Shown piece by piece: positions 15,591 through 20,000 of a stretch of DNA of 20,000 nucleotides. Origin of the DNA: an uncultured virus (IMG/VR IMGVR_UViG_3300038335_000129) (taxonomy: Duplodnaviria > Heunggongvirae > Uroviricota > Caudoviricetes); IMG/VR virus record IMGVR_UViG_3300038335_000129; one strand, given 5' to 3'. Each line of letters starts with the position of its first letter. The stretch's first letter is position 1. A program made the position numbers and the translations under genes. The notes under the pieces are model-generated. The model saw only the letters and a program-made list of their open reading frames with translations, was not told the DNA's origin and did no database searches.

Positions 15591-15616
15591 CAGGCTTTAT
15601 TCAAGTCTGTTTTTTA
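15589..15616 (+). terminator. Intrinsic terminator after the repressor gene
   Basis: aacaggctt-tattc-aagtctgtt followed by a T-run. Confidence 0.65.
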
Positions 15617-15679
15617 TTTTGTCAGATTTTATTGAAAGTCTGACATATGTCAAAAAAATCAAATCTACAGGAGGAAAAC

Positions 15680-16756
15680 ATGAGTTTTGAGGAGAAGTTG
15701 AGAGAGTTTATTGAGCGAGTAAAAAAGACAAAGGACAACATTGCAACGGAAGAAGCCACAAAGACTTCTGTAATAATGCCGTTCTTCCAGATCCTTGGTT
15801 ATGATGTATTCAACCCGACGGAATTTATACCAGAATACACAGCTGACGTTGGCATTAAAAAAGGCGAAAAAGTGGATTATGCAATCCTTTTAAATGGAGA
15901 ACTTACCTTACTCATTGAAGCTAAATCGATCAATGAGCAGTTAGAAAAACATGACTCCCAATTGTTCCGCTACTTTGGGACAACGGCGGCAAAATTTGCA
16001 ATATTAACGAATGGTCTTATTTATCGGTTCTACAGTGACCTGGATGAGCAAAATAAAATGGACAGTTCCCCATTTTTCGAAATTAATTTGCTTGATATCA
16101 GCGACAGTGAAATAATTGAACTCAAAAAGTTCTGCAAAGAAAACTTTGACCTGAGCATGATCTTAGATACCGCTTCGGAGCTCAAGTACCTCGGTTTAAT
16201 CAAGAAAGTCTTGAAAGATGAGTTTTCAAATCCATCCGATGATTTTATCCGTTTTATTTTAACCCAGGGCGTATACGACGGAATGAAGACTCAAAACACT
16301 GTCGATAAATACCGGCCCACTGTGAAGAAATCAATATCCCAGTATATTAATGAGCTGGTCAATGACAAAATTCAGAACGCATTAAAAAGCGATGAATCGT
16401 TTGAACCCAAGGCCATTCAACAGTTTGAAGAAGTTGATGAATCCGCTCTAATCGCAAGTGTTTCCAATATCATTACTACGGACGAAGAAATCGAGTGCTT
16501 TTTCATTGTAAAGTCGATCCTGCATAATGCTGTTGATTTAAACCGGATCGGGTACAAGGACACGGCTAGCTACTTCTCGATTATTATTGACGGGAAAGTT
16601 ACTAAGTGGATTTGTCGCATATTCTTGAAAGAGAATACGAAATATATCATTATTCCGAATGGTGATGCCAATGAAAAGATTGTCTTAGATAAACTAGACG
16701 ATATATATGCCTATACCGACCAGCTAGTCGCGCGCCTAAACAACCTGATCGGTTGA
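15680..16756 (+). CDS. Type I restriction enzyme HsdR N-terminal-domain (PD-(D/E)xK nuclease) prophage protein
   Basis: EEATK...MPF...LGYDVFNP.E..PEY.ADVG.KKGEKVDYAI...IEAK...QL.RYF...ILTNG..Y.F; ATG 15680 after GGAGG; no helicase domain. Confidence 0.85.
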   Translation: MSFEEKLREFIERVKKTKDNIATEEATKTSVIMPFFQILGYDVFNPTEFIPEYTADVGIKKGEKVDYAILLNGELTLLIEAKSINEQLEKHDSQLFRYFGTTAAKFAILTNGLIYRFYSDLDEQNKMDSSPFFEINLLDISDSEIIELKKFCKENFDLSMILDTASELKYLGLIKKVLKDEFSNPSDDFIRFILTQGVYDGMKTQNTVDKYRPTVKKSISQYINELVNDKIQNALKSDESFEPKAIQQFEEVDESALIASVSNIITTDEEIECFFIVKSILHNAVDLNRIGYKDTASYFSIIIDGKVTKWICRIFLKENTKYIIIPNGDANEKIVLDKLDDIYAYTDQLVARLNNLIG

Positions 16757-16862
16757 TAAATCATCGCGGATTTAATGTATTCGATATTTTACATACGTCA
16801 AACTTTCGATGCACTTTAATAAATCATGATGATTTCATCTGAATTTTACACGATCTATCGAT

Positions 16863-16891
16863 TTACAGTTCCATGAGAATAGGTATATACT
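16863..16891 (+). promoter_or_regulatory. Putative promoter TTTACA-18-TATACT for the lipoprotein gene (approximate ends)
   Basis: tttaca gttccatgagaataggta tatact upstream of an AGGAGG RBS. Confidence 0.5.
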
Positions 16892-16918
16892 TTAAGCAAA
16901 TACCATTAGGAGGAACAA

Positions 16919-17461
16919 ATGAAAAGAAATCTATCACTTATTTTAATGTCGGTCTTGGTTGTGGCTCTTATTGCTGGATGCAGCGCCAGTGGTGGCGGGA
17001 CCACTGCGGCTGAAACAAAACCGAAAGTTGATGTAACGAAAATGTCTGCCGAGGAAATTGTTAAGACCTTCCAAGATGCTGGGTTCCCCATTGAGAATGT
17101 TCAAGTTTTAACGGCCGAAACCGATAAGGGAGAATTGCTGGGCCGCCCCAATCAGTATACAAGCAAGGCGATATTTGAAGATGCTCGGTCTAACAGTCCG
17201 GCAGCCGGATCGGCTACAGAAGGAACGGCTGGCGGATCGATTGAAGTATTCAAAAATTCCGAAGATGCTCAAGCGAGGTATGATTATATCCAACCAATAA
17301 CTGAAAATGCAATGTTTTCCCAGTACCTATACTTATATGAGAATGTATTCCTGAGAATCGACGGAGCGCTAACGCCTGATCAAGCCGCTCAATATGAAAC
17401 GGCATTTAAATCACTGCAAAATGGCGATCTTCCAGAACAATTTTCTGAAACTGCAAAGTAA
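16919..17461 (+). CDS. Lipoprotein (candidate superinfection-exclusion or lysogenic conversion protein)
   Basis: Signal peptide with lipobox LIAG-C21; LLGRPNQYTSK and GGSIEVF...DA..R..YI motifs; located in the lysogeny module. Confidence 0.8.
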   Translation: MKRNLSLILMSVLVVALIAGCSASGGGTTAAETKPKVDVTKMSAEEIVKTFQDAGFPIENVQVLTAETDKGELLGRPNQYTSKAIFEDARSNSPAAGSATEGTAGGSIEVFKNSEDAQARYDYIQPITENAMFSQYLYLYENVFLRIDGALTPDQAAQYETAFKSLQNGDLPEQFSETAK

Positions 17462-17496
17462 TATTTAACATCTGCTAATAATAACCATATTTTACC

Positions 17497-17516
17497 CGGG
17501 GAGATCCTTCTCCCCG
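17497..17516 (+). terminator. GC-rich hairpin after the lipoprotein gene (probable terminator)
   Basis: cggggaga-tcct-tctccccg perfect 8-bp stem; only a weak pyrimidine tail. Confidence 0.55.
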
Positions 17517-17580
17517 CCTTCCCCCTTAATCTTCTTCACAATTTTTTACTCTAAATTATTCACTGCTACCTCTGATTTTC

Positions 17581-17606
17581 TGCTACAATAAAAGAACACA
17601 CGTTCT
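17581..17606 (+). promoter_or_regulatory. Extended -10 promoter (TGcTACAAT) with LexA/DinR SOS (Cheo) box AGAAC-ACAC-GTTCT
   Basis: TG 17581-82, TACAAT 17584-89; GAAC-N4-GTTC at 17594-17605 overlapping the predicted +1. Confidence 0.75.
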
Positions 17607-17640
17607 ATTTTTCATTGCATTGATAAACGGAGGTTAAACA

Positions 17641-18084
17641 TTGTATAAAATGACACAGAAACATGTAATAAAAACACTAAACAAATATCCTATTTTGACA
17701 CTGCCGGTCCCAATTCACGCCATAGAAGAAATCATTACCGATAAAGGTTACTCCCTAATAAATTGCTCGGAGATCAATAGGCCATGCATTTTTAGAAAAG
17801 AGCTTATTTTGCCACGTTTTGAAACAATCTCAGATCAAAGATTTGCCTTGGCGCATGAGCTTGGCCATATTGTTTCCCACGGACGACAAAAGACCGCAAT
17901 CGATACCCCTGGAAAGCACGAAGCCTCAGCAGATGCTTTTGCGCTCTATTTCACCATGCCCCCATACTTATTTGAAAAAGATATAAAACGATTGAATGAG
18001 TGGGATTTAGCGGAAAAATATGGCATGCCAGTAGAGCAAGTGCTTAACCGCGCGAAGCTGTGCGGCCATTACCAATACCAGTAA
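17641..18084 (+). CDS. ImmA/IrrE-family (DUF955, peptidase M78) metalloprotease
   Basis: PVPI..I, RFALAHELGH (HExxH), E..ADAFA....P, LA.KYG.P; TTG start with GGAGG RBS. Confidence 0.88.
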   Translation: MYKMTQKHVIKTLNKYPILTLPVPIHAIEEIITDKGYSLINCSEINRPCIFRKELILPRFETISDQRFALAHELGHIVSHGRQKTAIDTPGKHEASADAFALYFTMPPYLFEKDIKRLNEWDLAEKYGMPVEQVLNRAKLCGHYQYQ

Positions 18085-18098
18085 AAGAAGGTGTTCTC

Positions 18099-20000
18099 AT
18101 GTCCAATAAAAAAGCAGCACTCTACATCCGGGTCTCTACGGCCATGCAGGCAGACAAAGACAGTCTTCCCCTGCAGCGCGATGATCTGGTAAACTATGCC
18201 AGGTACGCTCTGAACATCGATGACTATGAGATCTTTGAAGATGCCGGGTTCTCTGCCAAAAACACAGACCGGCCTAAATACCAGGAAATGATGACCCGGG
18301 TCCGAAACCGTGAGTTTTCGCACATTCTGGTCTGGAAAATCGACCGGATCAGCCGGAACCTGATTGACTTTTGTGAAATGTATGAAGAAATAAAAAAATA
18401 TGATACTGCCTTTATTTCCAAAAATGAACAGTTTGATACCAGCAGTGCCATGGGTGAAGCTATGCTTAAGATCATCTTGGTGTTTGCGGAGCTGGAAAGA
18501 AAGTTAACTGGCGAACGGGTTTTATCGGTTATGATTGATCGGGCATCCAAAGGCATGTGGAATGGCGCGCGCTACCCGCTCGGTTATAATCAAGCAGACG
18601 GCGAGGACTTTCCTCAAATTGACGCTGATGAAGCTAAAACGGTCCAGTATATTTTTGATCTATACGAAGAACTCTGTTCATCAACAAAGGTCGCGCGGGT
18701 TTTGAAAAAAGAAAATTACAGGACTAAACGTGACGGTGAATGGCGCTCAAAAACAATTACTGATATATTGAAAAATCCTTTTTATGTGGGTGACTATCGT
18801 TACAATTACAAGCAATCTGCCCGTGGGAAAAAGAAAAGAGAAGAAGAATGGGTTCTTGTTTCTGACAATCACCCAGCTATTATAACAAGAGACCAATTTA
18901 ACCGGGTTCAAGGGATTCTTGAAGAAAACTATAAAGGCGACAGCCAAAGGCAACGAGAGAGCGTAAAGACCTCTGTTTTTTCAAAGTTAATCGTATGCGG
19001 TGAATGCGACAGGCATTACATAGCTGGGTCGGACAAGGTCCGCAGAAACGGATTAATTCCTTCTCGGTACCGATGTGTTGGATACTCCCATGGGCAAAAG
19101 TGCAAAGGAAGTATTGGGGACGTTGTCCTTCTCCCGTTCGTTTTTAATTACCTATCGAATTATTACAAGCTTACTCAAACGATTAACCCAAAGATGAGGA
19201 TCGGAACGATCAGGAAAATACTTTTGTCCGGGGTGCCGTTTATTCGAGTTGCAGACATCCCTGATGAAGATGTTATGGCCATCAAGAACTATCTGATTTA
19301 TTCAAACAACGCAACAGCACTTTATAAACATGAATCAAGAAAGACATTAACAGTTGTTAAACGATCCGATCCGATGGAAACTGAGTTAAAAATACAAGAA
19401 ACTGCTCTGAACCGGTTGCAAGATCTCTACTTATATTCATCTGATTCCATGAGCCAAAAAGATTATATTTTGAAGAAAACTGAAATCGAACGCGAAATAG
19501 CAACCATAAAAATAAATTTGATTGAAAAAAATACCGCCACCAAATTTAACAACGATGATGCATCTATGTTTATTGAGGGCGTGGCACTGCTAAAATCGAT
19601 AATGCTGGGCCATGAACAGGCGTACACCTATGAGGACCTGGCGAAGAATATTGGCATTACCCATATGCATGCAATTGCAAACGCATTGATATCTAAAATA
19701 ACTGTCAGCGATGGTGTCCCGGTTAAGATTATGTTTAAAAACGGTATGGTCCATCATTTCACCTGGCAAGAAAACAAAACGGTCACGTTGGTGGATGAGT
19801 TGGTTTACCAGTACCAAGAGCCGATTTTAAAACATATTGAAAAGCATGGCTCCATCGACAGGACAGAACTTCGGAAATTAACTCGCTGCGGAACATGTAG
19901 TGCCGATCGCGTTGCTTATGCAATGATTGAAAGCGGAGCCTTAATTCAAATTAGAGGCCAAAGTCACATAAAATATGCCAAAAATGATCCAAAAAGTTAA
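18099..20000 (+). CDS. Large serine recombinase (phage integrase) with C-terminal winged-helix-like extension
   Basis: ALYIRVST (catalytic Ser), D.GFSAKNTDRP, DRISRN, FAELER, recombinase domain (ILKNPFYVG, HPAII), Zn ribbon CGEC...YRC...C, coiled coil; ATG 18099 after AAGGTG; stop at 20000. Confidence 0.95.
   Translation: MSNKKAALYIRVSTAMQADKDSLPLQRDDLVNYARYALNIDDYEIFEDAGFSAKNTDRPKYQEMMTRVRNREFSHILVWKIDRISRNLIDFCEMYEEIKKYDTAFISKNEQFDTSSAMGEAMLKIILVFAELERKLTGERVLSVMIDRASKGMWNGARYPLGYNQADGEDFPQIDADEAKTVQYIFDLYEELCSSTKVARVLKKENYRTKRDGEWRSKTITDILKNPFYVGDYRYNYKQSARGKKKREEEWVLVSDNHPAIITRDQFNRVQGILEENYKGDSQRQRESVKTSVFSKLIVCGECDRHYIAGSDKVRRNGLIPSRYRCVGYSHGQKCKGSIGDVVLLPFVFNYLSNYYKLTQTINPKMRIGTIRKILLSGVPFIRVADIPDEDVMAIKNYLIYSNNATALYKHESRKTLTVVKRSDPMETELKIQETALNRLQDLYLYSSDSMSQKDYILKKTEIEREIATIKINLIEKNTATKFNNDDASMFIEGVALLKSIMLGHEQAYTYEDLAKNIGITHMHAIANALISKITVSDGVPVKIMFKNGMVHHFTWQENKTVTLVDELVYQYQEPILKHIEKHGSIDRTELRKLTRCGTCSADRVAYAMIESGALIQIRGQSHIKYAKNDPKS

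Larger units (their letters stand above)
1..20000. mobile_element. Temperate phage/prophage early region (lysogeny, recombination, replication modules)
   Basis: Gene order integrase-immA-cI <> cro-ant-yqaJ-recT-ssb-rep-MTase-VRR-NUC; no att site or structural genes inside the window. Confidence 0.95.

Noticed and set aside
15680..16756. Complete restriction-modification system formed with the two MTases
   Set aside because: MTases are >10 kb away in the oppositely regulated lytic arm; no HsdM, HsdS or helicase domain.
16906..19817. Minus-strand ORFs within the lipoprotein and integrase genes
   Set aside because: Antisense shadows without RBS or motifs.
19900..20000. Attachment site (attL/attR)
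   Set aside because: Window ends at the integrase stop; no att inverted repeat could be identified with confidence.

Overview
This window is the early (lysogeny, recombination, replication) half of a temperate phage/prophage from a low-GC Gram-positive host (Firmicutes; a Clostridia-type anaerobe is my inference). A genetic switch at ~15.03-15.2 kb has divergent sigmaA promoters and repeated TTCC(A/G)-N3-TGGA(A/T) operators. It separates two arms. The long leftward lytic arm encodes Cro, a Rha/ANT antirepressor, an XRE regulator, a Pol-beta-type nucleotidyltransferase, YqaJ, DUF1351, RecT, SSB, a replication initiator with internal iterons, an adenine MTase, VRR-NUC, many small Cys-rich proteins and a C5 cytosine MTase truncated by the window edge. 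The rightward lysogeny arm encodes an ImmR-like repressor, an HsdR-N-type nuclease, a lipoprotein, an ImmA-like HExxH protease and a large serine integrase. Most notable: (i) a LexA/DinR (Cheo) box on the promoter of the ImmA-protease/integrase pair, while the repressor has no autocleavage domain; (ii) a ~77-aa winged-helix-like C-terminal extension on the serine integrase; (iii) a candidate antisense sRNA and a hairpin cluster within the lytic operon; (iv) a stand-alone phage nucleotidyltransferase; (v) several translationally coupled 4-Cys microproteins missed by the ORF track. All assignments come from motifs read by eye; no database searches were run.
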